DNA from: an uncultured bacterium
Lineage (GTDB): Bacteria; Krumholzibacteriota; Krumholzibacteriia; Krumholzibacteriales; Krumholzibacteriaceae
NCBI GenBank assembly: GCA_963813815.1
Contig: CAWFAD010000016.1
Location: forward strand, 576,001 to 640,000
Direction: 5' to 3'
DNA: 64,000 bases
Below the pieces are notes generated by a model. That model had not been told where the DNA came from, ran no database searches, and worked only from the letters and a program-made list of their open reading frames with translations. Numbering within the stretch: the first letter of the stretch is position 1; every line of letters starts with the position of its first letter. The translations under genes and the position numbers were made by a program. This document shows positions 27,481-36,580 of this stretch, piece after piece.

Positions 27481-28859
27481 AGTTGAGCATGCAGAACACG
27501 AGCGTCGGCTCAAAGGTATTTCTCGCGCTGGCGGCGGTGCTCGTCGCCGTATGGCTCGTCAACTACGGCGCCTTCCTGCAGCTGTCGAAGGAGGCGGCGA
27601 TGAAGGCGGCGAGCGTGGCCGCGTCTTCGTCTCCGGAGATGTCGCGGACGACGGCGATCACGCACGTTCGCTGGCGCGCCCTGTCCGTGTCGGCGGTGAG
27701 CCTGCTGGCCGGCTTGGGCGGCATCTGGCTCGTTCTGCACTTCATGCTCCGCCGCCCGATCGTGAACCTGCTCGCGTCGAGCCGCGCGCTGCTCAGCAAC
27801 GCGGGCGATCTCACGACGATGGTCGCGATCCGGTCGGATGACGAGATCGGAAGGCTCGGATCAGCCCTCAACGAGCTCTTTTCCAATACCGGCGGCATCA
27901 TCCGCATGATCCGGGCGACCGCCGACAAGGTCAACTTCTCGGCCCAGAACCTCTCCGCCGCGACCGAGCAGATGAACTCCATCACCGAGGAAACGTCGAC
28001 GACCGTGCAGAACATCGCCAAGTCCACCGACGTTCAGGCGCGCCAGGTCGACGAGATGATCAAGGAGATCCGCAACATGGAGCGCTCCGTGAAACAGGTT
28101 GCGAACAGCGCGGAGCTCGCCGCCTCGGCCGCGACGAACGCGTCGGAAACGGCGACGAAGGGCGGCGATTCGGCGAAAGAGGCCGTCGAGAAGATCAACA
28201 AGATCTACACCGTCATACAGGAATCGGCGGAGATCATCCGCCACCTCGGGGAACGGTCGAACCAGATCGACGAGATCGTCGACGTCATCACCGACATCGC
28301 CGACCAGACGAACCTGCTGGCCCTCAACGCGGCCATCGAGGCGGCGCGGGCGGGGGAGGCGGGCGCCGGTTTCGCCGTGGTCGCCGACGAGGTCCGCAAG
28401 CTCGCCGAGGGAAGCGCCGAGGCCGCCGACGAAATCGCCGCCCTCATCCGCAAGACGCAGGATGAGACGCGCACGGCGGTGAAGAGCATCGAGCTCGGCG
28501 CCAAGGAAGTCACGGAAGGCAAGGAAGTCATCACGCGCACGGGGCAATCGCTCGACGAGATCGTCGAAGTGCTCCGGAGTTCGTCGGATATGGCGCGGCG
28601 CATTTCCGCCGCGACCAAGGAGCTCTCGCGCGGCATGAAGAACGTCACGGGCTCGATCGACGCGATCTCCTCGAGCGCCGAGAAGAATGCTTCGGCGACG
28701 CAAGAGACGGCCGCCTCGATGGAGCAGATGACCTCGAGCATGGAGGACGTCGCTTCGTCGGCCCAGAAGCTGAGCGAAATGGCGATTCAGCTCCGCGAGC
28801 ACGTGGGCCGTTTCACCGTCGGCGCGATGGAGCGCGAGGAACAGGCGGCGTCGGCCTGA
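27477..28859 (+). CDS. Methyl-accepting chemotaxis protein (2 TM, short periplasmic loop, HAMP)
   Basis: ATG 27477 after GGAGG, ATGA overlap with che[49 protein letters not shown]. Confidence 0.93.
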   Translation: MKLSMQNTSVGSKVFLALAAVLVAVWLVNYGAFLQLSKEAAMKAASVAASSSPEMSRTTAITHVRWRALSVSAVSLLAGLGGIWLVLHFMLRRPIVNLLASSRALLSNAGDLTTMVAIRSDDEIGRLGSALNELFSNTGGIIRMIRATADKVNFSAQNLSAATEQMNSITEETSTTVQNIAKSTDVQARQVDEMIKEIRNMERSVKQVANSAELAASAATNASETATKGGDSAKEAVEKINKIYTVIQESAEIIRHLGERSNQIDEIVDVITDIADQTNLLALNAAIEAARAGEAGAGFAVVADEVRKLAEGSAEAADEIAALIRKTQDETRTAVKSIELGAKEVTEGKEVITRTGQSLDEIVEVLRSSSDMARRISAATKELSRGMKNVTGSIDAISSSAEKNASATQETAASMEQMTSSMEDVASSAQKLSEMAIQLREHVGRFTVGAMEREEQAASA

Positions 28860-28890
28860 CGGGCCGCGGGCGCGCGGAAGGGAAGCTTCC

Positions 28891-29391
28891 ATGAGACATA
28901 AAAGCACATTCGACAGATCGCGAACGGGAATGCAGCTCATCACCTTCCGGCTCGGGGCCGAGTACTACGGCATCCACGTGCCGAAGGTGCGGGAGATCCT
29001 GCGCCCGGTCGACCTGTTTTCCGTGCCGGGCATGGGCGAGCGGGTCGAGGGCGTCATCAACCTGCGAGGCGAGATCATTCCCATCGTGAAGATAGGCCCC
29101 CTCCTCGGTTTGGCCCTCGACGGCCAAAAGGACGCCGGCCGCAAGCGGCGCATGATCATCATCGACGACGCCGCCGGCAAGTTCGGCTTCTTCGTCGACG
29201 AGGTGCTCGAGGTGGCCCGCATCCAACCGAATGATCTGCAGGGCGCTCCGGCTCTCGGAGCGGCCGGACCAAGCGAAGGGGTCGTCACCGGCATCGTCAA
29301 GATCGCCGGCCGGATGATCGTATGCATCGATCCGGAGAAGATCGTCCGGGACGACATTTTGGCAAAGGAGCTCGTGATTGACGGTTCATGA
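28891..29391 (+). CDS. cheW: CheW coupling protein
   Basis: ITFRLGAEYYGI..VREI, GVINLRGEIIPIV, GFFVDEV. Confidence 0.93.
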   Translation: MRHKSTFDRSRTGMQLITFRLGAEYYGIHVPKVREILRPVDLFSVPGMGERVEGVINLRGEIIPIVKIGPLLGLALDGQKDAGRKRRMIIIDDAAGKFGFFVDEVLEVARIQPNDLQGAPALGAAGPSEGVVTGIVKIAGRMIVCIDPEKIVRDDILAKELVIDGS

Positions 29392-29884
29392 GACGCGGCG
29401 GCAGGTGATCAGGGTGGAAGTCGCGCAGTACCGCATCGCGCAGGCGCCCGAAAAGATGATGACGATGGCGCTCGGATCGTGCCTCGGCATCGTGCTGTTC
29501 GACGCGACAACCGGTGTCGGGGCTCTCGCGCACGCGATGCATCCCCGGCGCGCTCAGGTGAAGAACAACGCGAACCGCGCCAAGTTCGTCGATTCCGTTC
29601 TGCCCATCATCGTCGACGGCATGGTGCGCTGGGGCGCGCGCCGCGAGCGCATCGTCGCCAAGATATTCGGCGGCGCGCGGATGTTCGAGAGCTACGCGGG
29701 GAGCACCGGGGTGCTGCAGATCGGCGACGAGAACATCGCCGTCGCGCGCGTGGAGCTCGAGACGATGGGCATACCGATCGTCGCCGAGTGCGTCGGCGGC
29801 ACGAGCGGCCGCACGATCGTTCTCGATCTCTCGAACGGCTCGGTGGCCGTCCGGGGCGTCGAAGCGGGCGAGGTGATCTGCTGA
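29378..29884 (+). CDS. cheD: Chemoreceptor glutamine deamidase
   Basis: ALGSCLGIVL, AHAMHP, AKIFGGARMF, IGDEN, VGGTSGRTI; start codon uncertain. Confidence 0.88.
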   Translation: MTVHETRRQVIRVEVAQYRIAQAPEKMMTMALGSCLGIVLFDATTGVGALAHAMHPRRAQVKNNANRAKFVDSVLPIIVDGMVRWGARRERIVAKIFGGARMFESYAGSTGVLQIGDENIAVARVELETMGIPIVAECVGGTSGRTIVLDLSNGSVAVRGVEAGEVIC

Positions 29885-30981
29885 TGGCCGAAGAACGCAA
29901 AGAAACCGGTGCGCGTCCGATCCGGGTCGTCGTCGGCGACGATTCTCCGCTCATGCAGCGGATGATCGTTCAAGCGCTCGAGGCCGATCCGGGAATTCGG
30001 GTCGTCGGCAAGGGGGCCGACGGCCGCGACGTGCTGAAGCTCGTTTCGGAGCTGCGGCCGGATTGCGTCACGCTCGATCTCGAAATGCCGAACATGGACG
30101 GCCTCGAAACGCTGCGCTACCTCATGAGCGAGTGGCCCACCCCCGTCGTGATCGTGAGCGCTCACACGGCCGAGAGCGCCGAAATAGCGCTCGCCTGCCT
30201 CGAGTATGGAGCGGTCGACATCGTCCCGAAGACGTGGGGCGGCAACCGCTTCACCGCCGGCGAACTCGCCGAAAAGGTGCGCGAGGCCGCGGGAATCGAC
30301 GTGCGCCGCCAGCAGTTCGGGCCGTCGGAGATCGCGATCGGTCCGAAATCGCGCACGGCCTTCGCGCCCGAGCTCGAGGCGGTCGTGATCATCGGGGCGA
30401 GCACCGGCGGGCCGCAGGCGCTCATGGACATCATGCCGAGGTTTCCGCGCGCTCTTCCGGCGGGCGTCGTCGTCGTGCAGCACATGCCGGCCGATTTCAC
30501 CAGGTATTTCGCCGAGCGTCTCGACGCGCGCGCCCTGCTCGACGCGTACGAGGCGCAGCAGGGAGATTTTCTGGCGCCGGGACGCATACTCGTCGCCCCC
30601 GGCGGGCTGCACCTCCTGCTCGGCGAGCGCGGCGGCCGGCCCGCCGTCATGCTGCTCGGAAAGAACGAACAGCAGCAGAGCGCCTGTCCGTCGATCGATT
30701 TCGCCATGGCATCCTTCGCTCCGGTGTTTCGGGAGCGGCTCATCGGCGTCGTGCTCACCGGCATGGGGCACGACGGCGCCGCCGGCTGCGCGGCTATTCG
30801 CGCCAACGGCGGCACGACCATATGCCAGGACCGCGCCTCGAGCCTCGTCTTCGGCATGCCGGGCGCGGCCGCCGAGGCGGGCGCGGCTGATTTCGTCGTT
30901 CCGCTCGACCGCATCGCCGACCGCATCATGAAAACGGTCAGCGATATAACGTCGCGGGAGACCTTGCATGAACACGAGTGA
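29884..30981 (+). CDS. cheB: Chemotaxis response-regulator methylesterase
   Basis: TGATG coupling; receiver TLDLEMPNMDG; GASTGGP, QHMP, LTGMGHDG, VFGMP. Confidence 0.95.
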   Translation: MAEERKETGARPIRVVVGDDSPLMQRMIVQALEADPGIRVVGKGADGRDVLKLVSELRPDCVTLDLEMPNMDGLETLRYLMSEWPTPVVIVSAHTAESAEIALACLEYGAVDIVPKTWGGNRFTAGELAEKVREAAGIDVRRQQFGPSEIAIGPKSRTAFAPELEAVVIIGASTGGPQALMDIMPRFPRALPAGVVVVQHMPADFTRYFAERLDARALLDAYEAQQGDFLAPGRILVAPGGLHLLLGERGGRPAVMLLGKNEQQQSACPSIDFAMASFAPVFRERLIGVVLTGMGHDGAAGCAAIRANGGTTICQDRASSLVFGMPGAAAEAGAADFVVPLDRIADRIMKTVSDITSRETLHEHE

Positions 30982-32548
30982 TTATCTGGAGCTCTACCGG
31001 AGCGAAGCGAGCGATTCTCTCCTGGCGCTCGAGAACGGGCTGATCGGGCTCGAGACGTCCGCGGAGCCGCTCGCGCACCTCAACGAGCTCTTCCGCAGGG
31101 CGCACAACCTCAAGGGGATCTCGGGAGCGATGGGATACGACGAGGTCGTCGAGGCGAGCCACGATCTCGAGAACGTGTTCGACGAGCTGCGCAAGGGGGC
31201 CGAGATCACGCCCGAGACGATGGACGGGCTCCTGGCGTCCGTCGATCGCCTGAAAACTCTCGTGCGGCGCGCCGCCGGCGAGGCCGCCGATGCTCAGTGC
31301 CCGGCGCGGGCGGCTTCCCCCGCGGCGGCTGAAGAAGCTCCGGCGGAGCGTCCCTCCGGCGTGCTCGGCGAGCGAATCACGGCCACGAAGGTCGGGCTCG
31401 AGCGTCTCGACCGGATCATGGATCTCGTCGGCGAGCTCGTCGTGAGCAGGATCCGCTGCAGCGCGATCGCGGAGGATCTCGGTTCGCGTCCGATTCTCGA
31501 CGAGCTCGCGCGCTCTTGGCGTCTCGTGTCTCAGATTCAGAAGGAGGTCATGGAGGCGCGGCTCATTCCCGTTGGCCATGTGTTCCAAAGGTTCCACCGG
31601 CTCGTGCGCGAGCTCTCCCGCGATACTGGAAAGCCGCTCAAGCTCGATATCAACGGCGCCGAAATCGGCCTCGACCGCGTCGTGCTCGAGGGAATGGTCG
31701 ATCCGCTCGTCCACCTCATCCGGAACGCCGTCGGCCATGGCATCGAATCGCCGGAGGAACGCCGCGCGGCGGGCAAGCCGGAGATGGGCCGGATCATTCT
31801 CAGCGCGAGCCGCGAGCGCAACCGCGTGGTCATCGAGGTCGTGGACGACGGCCGCGGCGTCGACCTCGATCGGATCGCGAGCGCGGCGGCCTCGCGCGCC
31901 GGCGATCTCACCGAGGACGATATCTGCCGCGTCATCACGGCCCCGGGATTCAGCACCGCGAGGGGCGTCGACACGATATCCGGCCGCGGCATGGGGATGA
32001 ACATCGTCAAGAAGACCGTCGACTCCTTCGGCGGGTCGATCCGTGTCCGGACGACTCAGGGGCGCGGAACGATGATATCGCTCCTCATCCCGATCAACCT
32101 TTCGATCATCAAGGCCCTGCTCTTCACGATCGGCAGCGACGTTCACGCGATTCCGGTCGAGTACGTGAAGGAGACGAACCGCTGCGAGGTCGGCTCGTTG
32201 AAGACCGTCGGGGGCGAGCTCGTTCTGCCGGGCGACGGCGAGGTCATTCCGGTGCTGCGGCCGAGCCAACTCTTCGAGCGCACGCTCGAAATGCCCGAGG
32301 AGCGGTTCGCGAAATTCATCGTCATCGACACCGGTTATCGCCGGGCCGCGGTCGTCGTCAGCCGCGTCCTCGGCCAGCAGGACATCGTCATCAAGTCTTT
32401 GCCGCCGCTCTTCCGCGGCGTCCGGGGGATATCGGGCGCCACCGTGCTCGGCAGCGGCAAAATCGCGTTCATTTGGGATCCGCAAGCCCTCTTTGAAGGA
32501 AGGTGCACGTATGAGCCCGATCAAGCGGCCTTCGTTTCTCCGTCTTGA
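30968..32548 (+). CDS. cheA: Chemotaxis histidine kinase lacking the P2 domain
   Basis: FRRAHNLKG HPt; LDRIMDLVGELV; HLIRNAVGHGIE; DDGRG; SGRGMGM; C-terminal CheW-like domain; only 526 aa. Confidence 0.93.
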   Translation: MNTSDYLELYRSEASDSLLALENGLIGLETSAEPLAHLNELFRRAHNLKGISGAMGYDEVVEASHDLENVFDELRKGAEITPETMDGLLASVDRLKTLVRRAAGEAADAQCPARAASPAAAEEAPAERPSGVLGERITATKVGLERLDRIMDLVGELVVSRIRCSAIAEDLGSRPILDELARSWRLVSQIQKEVMEARLIPVGHVFQRFHRLVRELSRDTGKPLKLDINGAEIGLDRVVLEGMVDPLVHLIRNAVGHGIESPEERRAAGKPEMGRIILSASRERNRVVIEVVDDGRGVDLDRIASAAASRAGDLTEDDICRVITAPGFSTARGVDTISGRGMGMNIVKKTVDSFGGSIRVRTTQGRGTMISLLIPINLSIIKALLFTIGSDVHAIPVEYVKETNRCEVGSLKTVGGELVLPGDGEVIPVLRPSQLFERTLEMPEERFAKFIVIDTGYRRAAVVVSRVLGQQDIVIKSLPPLFRGVRGISGATVLGSGKIAFIWDPQALFEGRCTYEPDQAAFVSPS

Positions 32549-33128
32549 CGCCCTGAAGGAGCTCGGGAACATCGGGGCCGGACACGCCGTCACGGGGCTG
32601 TCGTCGCTGCTGCGCAGGCGCGTCGACGTCAACGTGACGAACGTCGACCTCATTCCCGTGAAGATCATCTACAACTTCTTCAACGGGCCCGAATCGATGG
32701 TTTCCGTCATCTACATCGAGAGCTACAGCGAGGGATTTCGCGGGATGATGTTTCTCATCTTCCCCCATCCCGAGGCGTCGAAGCTCATCGAGCTGACGAC
32801 GGGAAAAAAGCTGCCGCCCGACGCGATGCGCGACGAATACTCGATCTCGGTGCTCAAGGAGATCGGCAACATCATGTGCGGATGCTATCTGAACGCGCTC
32901 GCCACGTTCGTCAACCGGAAGCTGCTCCACTCGGTGCCCCAGGTGTCGAACGACATGCTCGGGGCGGTCATGGATTCGGTTCTCGTGGACCTCAGCATGG
33001 AGTCGGACTATGCGCTCGTTCTCGAGACCGCCTTCTCCATGGGGACGAACGAGTGCAAGGGCTTCCTCTTCTTCGTTCCGACGGCTGAATCCCTGGACAC
33101 CATTTTCGAGGCTATCAAGGTCGACTGA
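32511..33128 (+). CDS. cheC: CheC-like CheY-P phosphatase
   Basis: Two E-x2-N motifs: DALKELGNIGAGHA and SVLKEIGNIMCG..P. Confidence 0.92.
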   Translation: MSPIKRPSFLRLDALKELGNIGAGHAVTGLSSLLRRRVDVNVTNVDLIPVKIIYNFFNGPESMVSVIYIESYSEGFRGMMFLIFPHPEASKLIELTTGKKLPPDAMRDEYSISVLKEIGNIMCGCYLNALATFVNRKLLHSVPQVSNDMLGAVMDSVLVDLSMESDYALVLETAFSMGTNECKGFLFFVPTAESLDTIFEAIKVD

Positions 33129-33145
33129 CGCGAAAGGAGACACCA

Positions 33146-33523
33146 GTGAAACTGAGGGTACTCATCGTTGACGACGCGATCTTCATGCGAAAGATGATTT
33201 CCGAGATCATCGTCGAGAACGGGATGGAGGTCGCAGGGGAAGCGGATACGGGCGCCAAGGCCATCGAACGGTACAAGGAGCTCCGTCCGGATCTCGTGAC
33301 CATGGACATCATCATGCCCGAGATGAACGGCATCGACGCCGTCCGCAAGATTCTCGAGTGCGATTCGCAGGCCCGGATCATCATGTGCAGCGCTCTCGGC
33401 CAGCAGGCCCTCGTGCAGGAGGCGATCGGCGCGGGCGCCAAGGATTTTCTCATAAAACCGTTCAACGCGGCGCGCGTGGTCGAGGTGATCGCGAAGGTCA
33501 CGAGTCAGGTGCCGACGGCATAG
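33146..33523 (+). CDS. cheY: CheY response regulator
   Basis: LIVDDAIFMR, VTMDIIMPEMNG, MCSALGQQ, FLIKPF. Confidence 0.93.
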   Translation: MKLRVLIVDDAIFMRKMISEIIVENGMEVAGEADTGAKAIERYKELRPDLVTMDIIMPEMNGIDAVRKILECDSQARIIMCSALGQQALVQEAIGAGAKDFLIKPFNAARVVEVIAKVTSQVPTA

Positions 33524-33546
33524 CGACTCGCTGAAAGGACGGGTGT

Positions 33547-35349
33547 ATGCCGGAGCTGACCGAACAGGAACGCAGCGTTCTCCTGAGCTTCGCTTCGCGC
33601 GTGGAGCGCAGCGACCCCGGGGCGCTCAACAATCTCGGGGTGCTCTATTTCCGCAAGGGAATGTTCGCGGAGGCGATGGAGCAGTTCAAGGAAGCGCTCA
33701 AGGTCGATCCGAAATTCGACCTCGCGCGCGAGAACATCCGGTATCTCTTCGGAGAGACGGGGCTCGAGGACCCGGACGTGAAACGGTGGCGCGACGAGGT
33801 GCGGCGCGATCCGGGCAACTTCGAGGCGCTGCTGCAGTTCGGCGTGAGCACCATGAACATGGGGCGCTGCCGCGAGGCGACCGAGATATTCGCCGCCGCG
33901 GTGGAGCGCGATCCCGGCCACGCTGAGGCGCGCCTGCACCTGGCGACGGCCTACAAGGCGCAGGGGCTCTTCCAGCAGTCCCTCGAGCACTACCTGATTA
34001 TGTACGAGGGTTTCTCGAAATCGGCGTCCTTTCACACCGATCTCGGCGAGGTGTACTACAACCTCGGCCGGACCGACGAAGCGATCGCCGAGCTCAACGC
34101 GGCGATCAAGCTCGACACCGATTACTGGCGACCGCACTTTCTTCTGTCGTTCGCGTACGGAGACAGCGGCCAGCTCCAGGAGGCGCTCGAGGAGAGCCGC
34201 GTGGCGTCCCGCCTCAATCCGTCGTTTCAGAACACGGAGGCCAACCTCACGCTTTCGATATACGGAAAGGGAGGAGCGGCCGAGAACATCGTCGCCGGCG
34301 GAAAGGACGTCGCGAGCGTCGAGAGCACGAGCTTTACGCTCGGGATGGCGTACCGCGAGCGCGGCTTCCTCAAGGAAGCCCTCAAGGAGTTCCAGAAGGC
34401 GCTCGGCGACATGCCCGACGCGGATCGCGTTTACATGGAGATCGGCAAGATTCACGCGGTTGAAGGGAGCTTCGAAGCGGCCGCGGAGGCCTGCCTCAAG
34501 ACGCTCGAGGCCAATCCCGAAAGCGCCGAGGCGTATCGCCTCCTCGGAACCGTGTACCACCTGCAGGGCGATTACAACGGCGCGGCGCTCTGTTACCTCC
34601 AGTCGTTCCGCCTCAGCTCCGCCGACGCCGACACCATGAACAACCTCGGCGTGCTGCTGTTTCAGGTCGGCCTCAAGGAAGAGGCGGAGCGCATGTTCAA
34701 GAAGGGGCTCAACCTGAAGCTGTACCACCTCGAGCTCAATTACAATTTCCTCAACTGCCATTTTCTCAAGGAGGAGTTCCCGATGGCGGAGAACCTCATC
34801 CAGCGGTTCGAAGCCTTCATGGGAAAGAGCCCGCTCCTCTACGAAAAACACGCGATTCTGAATTACAAGATGAACCGCCTGACGCTCGCTCTCTTCGATA
34901 TCGAGAGCGCGCTCGCCCTCGACAAGAATCACAGCGACGCTATATATCTCAAAGCGATCTGCTTCCTCCGCGAGGAGGATTTTCAGGCCGCGATCAACGC
35001 CGTGATCGAGGCCGTGAAAATCAATCCGCGATACACGGGGTTGGCGTTCTTTCTCACGCTCGACCCGATGCGGCGGTCGAAGTCCCCCGCGATCGACGCG
35101 CGCGCGGCGGCCGAGCCCGAGGACGAGCTCATCGAGCTCCTGCAGTGCGGCATCGAACGGCGATTCGACAAGATCAACGATTATCTCGCGTCCATCGTCG
35201 AGAAGGGCGTGCGCCGGCCGCGGGAGGGCGATTCCCCGAAGAACGCCGCCGAGTCGCCGAAAACCCCGCCGGCGGACGATTCGAGCGAAACGAACGCCCT
35301 GCTCGAGGCCCTGACCGAGTTTCCCAACGCGAAGGGTGACGCGCTATGA
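33547..35349 (+). CDS. Multi-TPR protein
   Basis: Repeated TPR signatures (ALNNLGVLY, HTDLGEVYY, AYRLLGTVY, MNNLGVLL). Confidence 0.88.
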   Translation: MPELTEQERSVLLSFASRVERSDPGALNNLGVLYFRKGMFAEAMEQFKEALKVDPKFDLARENIRYLFGETGLEDPDVKRWRDEVRRDPGNFEALLQFGVSTMNMGRCREATEIFAAAVERDPGHAEARLHLATAYKAQGLFQQSLEHYLIMYEGFSKSASFHTDLGEVYYNLGRTDEAIAELNAAIKLDTDYWRPHFLLSFAYGDSGQLQEALEESRVASRLNPSFQNTEANLTLSIYGKGGAAENIVAGGKDVASVESTSFTLGMAYRERGFLKEALKEFQKALGDMPDADRVYMEIGKIHAVEGSFEAAAEACLKTLEANPESAEAYRLLGTVYHLQGDYNGAALCYLQSFRLSSADADTMNNLGVLLFQVGLKEEAERMFKKGLNLKLYHLELNYNFLNCHFLKEEFPMAENLIQRFEAFMGKSPLLYEKHAILNYKMNRLTLALFDIESALALDKNHSDAIYLKAICFLREEDFQAAINAVIEAVKINPRYTGLAFFLTLDPMRRSKSPAIDARAAAEPEDELIELLQCGIERRFDKINDYLASIVEKGVRRPREGDSPKNAAESPKTPPADDSSETNALLEALTEFPNAKGDAL

Positions 35350-36476
35350 CCATACAATCGTCCATACGGGAACTCGGGCTCTTCGACCTGTTTCAGCTGC
35401 TGCACATCAACAAGAAAACCGGCCGTCTCATGGTCCATGACGGACCCGACGGAAAGCAGGCGGAGATCGTGTTCAAGGGGGGCGACGTGAGCTTCGCCGC
35501 CATGCACGACCGCGCGCCGAAGGCGATCGAGACGCTGCTCGTCGAGTGGGGCGTCGTCGACGACGCCTCTCTCGGACGCATCGAGAAGAGCCGGAGCAAA
35601 TATCGCACGCTCGTCGATTGCCTCGAGGGCGAAGGCATCGCCTCCCGCGGACACATCGAGACGTTCATCGCGAACTGCATCCGGGAAAACGTATACGAGA
35701 TATTCAAGTGGGATCGCGGAGAGTGCCGCTTCATAGAGGAGGAGGTCGACGCGTGGCGCGACGTCCTCGTGCAGCTCAACACCGAGAATCTCATTCTCGA
35801 AGGCGCCCGCCGGATCGACGAGTGGTCGAATATCAGCAACAAGGTCCCCTCGCGCCACAGCATATTCAACCTGAGCGCCGACGCGCAGCAGGGCAGGCAG
35901 CTCAACCTGAAGCCGCGCGAGTGGGAAATTCTCGCCCTCATCGACGGCAAGCGCTGCGTCAAGGAAGTGAACGACGCCGTCGGCGGCGATCTTTTCACGA
36001 CGAGCAAGCTCATCTACGGTCTCGTCGTCATGGGCGTCATCGAGCTCGCGGGAGGCGGTGGAGCGGCGGGCGCCCCGAGCCCGCAGAAGGAAGCCCGCCT
36101 CGACGATCTCCTCAAGGCCGGGAGGGAGTACTACGACCGGCTCAATCTCGACGACGCCGCGGCGCAATTCGAAAAGGCCGTCGCGATCGATCCCGAGTGT
36201 TTCGAGGCGCTCCGCATGCTCGGGGAGATCTACTACAAGTCCGACCGCCTGAGCGAGGCGCTCGTGCATATCGCCAAGGCGCGGGCCCTCAATCCCGACA
36301 ACCAGAAGGCGATGTTCATCAAGGGATACCTCCACGCCCGGATGGGAGAGGTAACGAAGGCCATCGCCGAATGGGAAGAGCTCATGGAAAAGGCGAAGAG
36401 CCAGAAGATCGTCGAGCTCGTCGCCCAGAAGATCTCGCTCGCGCGCGAGTGGGAGAAAGTGCTTCAGGAGTACTGA
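35346..36476 (+). CDS. DUF4388 (PatA-N-like) domain protein with C-terminal TPRs
   Basis: N-terminal IQSSIRELGLFDLFQLLHINKKTGRL; FKW..GECRF; LILEGARRIDEW; ATGA overlap with the TPR gene. Confidence 0.8.
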   Translation: MTIQSSIRELGLFDLFQLLHINKKTGRLMVHDGPDGKQAEIVFKGGDVSFAAMHDRAPKAIETLLVEWGVVDDASLGRIEKSRSKYRTLVDCLEGEGIASRGHIETFIANCIRENVYEIFKWDRGECRFIEEEVDAWRDVLVQLNTENLILEGARRIDEWSNISNKVPSRHSIFNLSADAQQGRQLNLKPREWEILALIDGKRCVKEVNDAVGGDLFTTSKLIYGLVVMGVIELAGGGGAAGAPSPQKEARLDDLLKAGREYYDRLNLDDAAAQFEKAVAIDPECFEALRMLGEIYYKSDRLSEALVHIAKARALNPDNQKAMFIKGYLHARMGEVTKAIAEWEELMEKAKSQKIVELVAQKISLAREWEKVLQEY

Positions 36477-36580
36477 GCGCCCCCGCCGTCCTCAAAACCG
36501 CGTTGCCCCGCCGCCCGGCTCCATGCTACCATGCCACTTCCCGATGACCCCGTTCGGGCGAACTTCAGAGGAGGTAGCTC

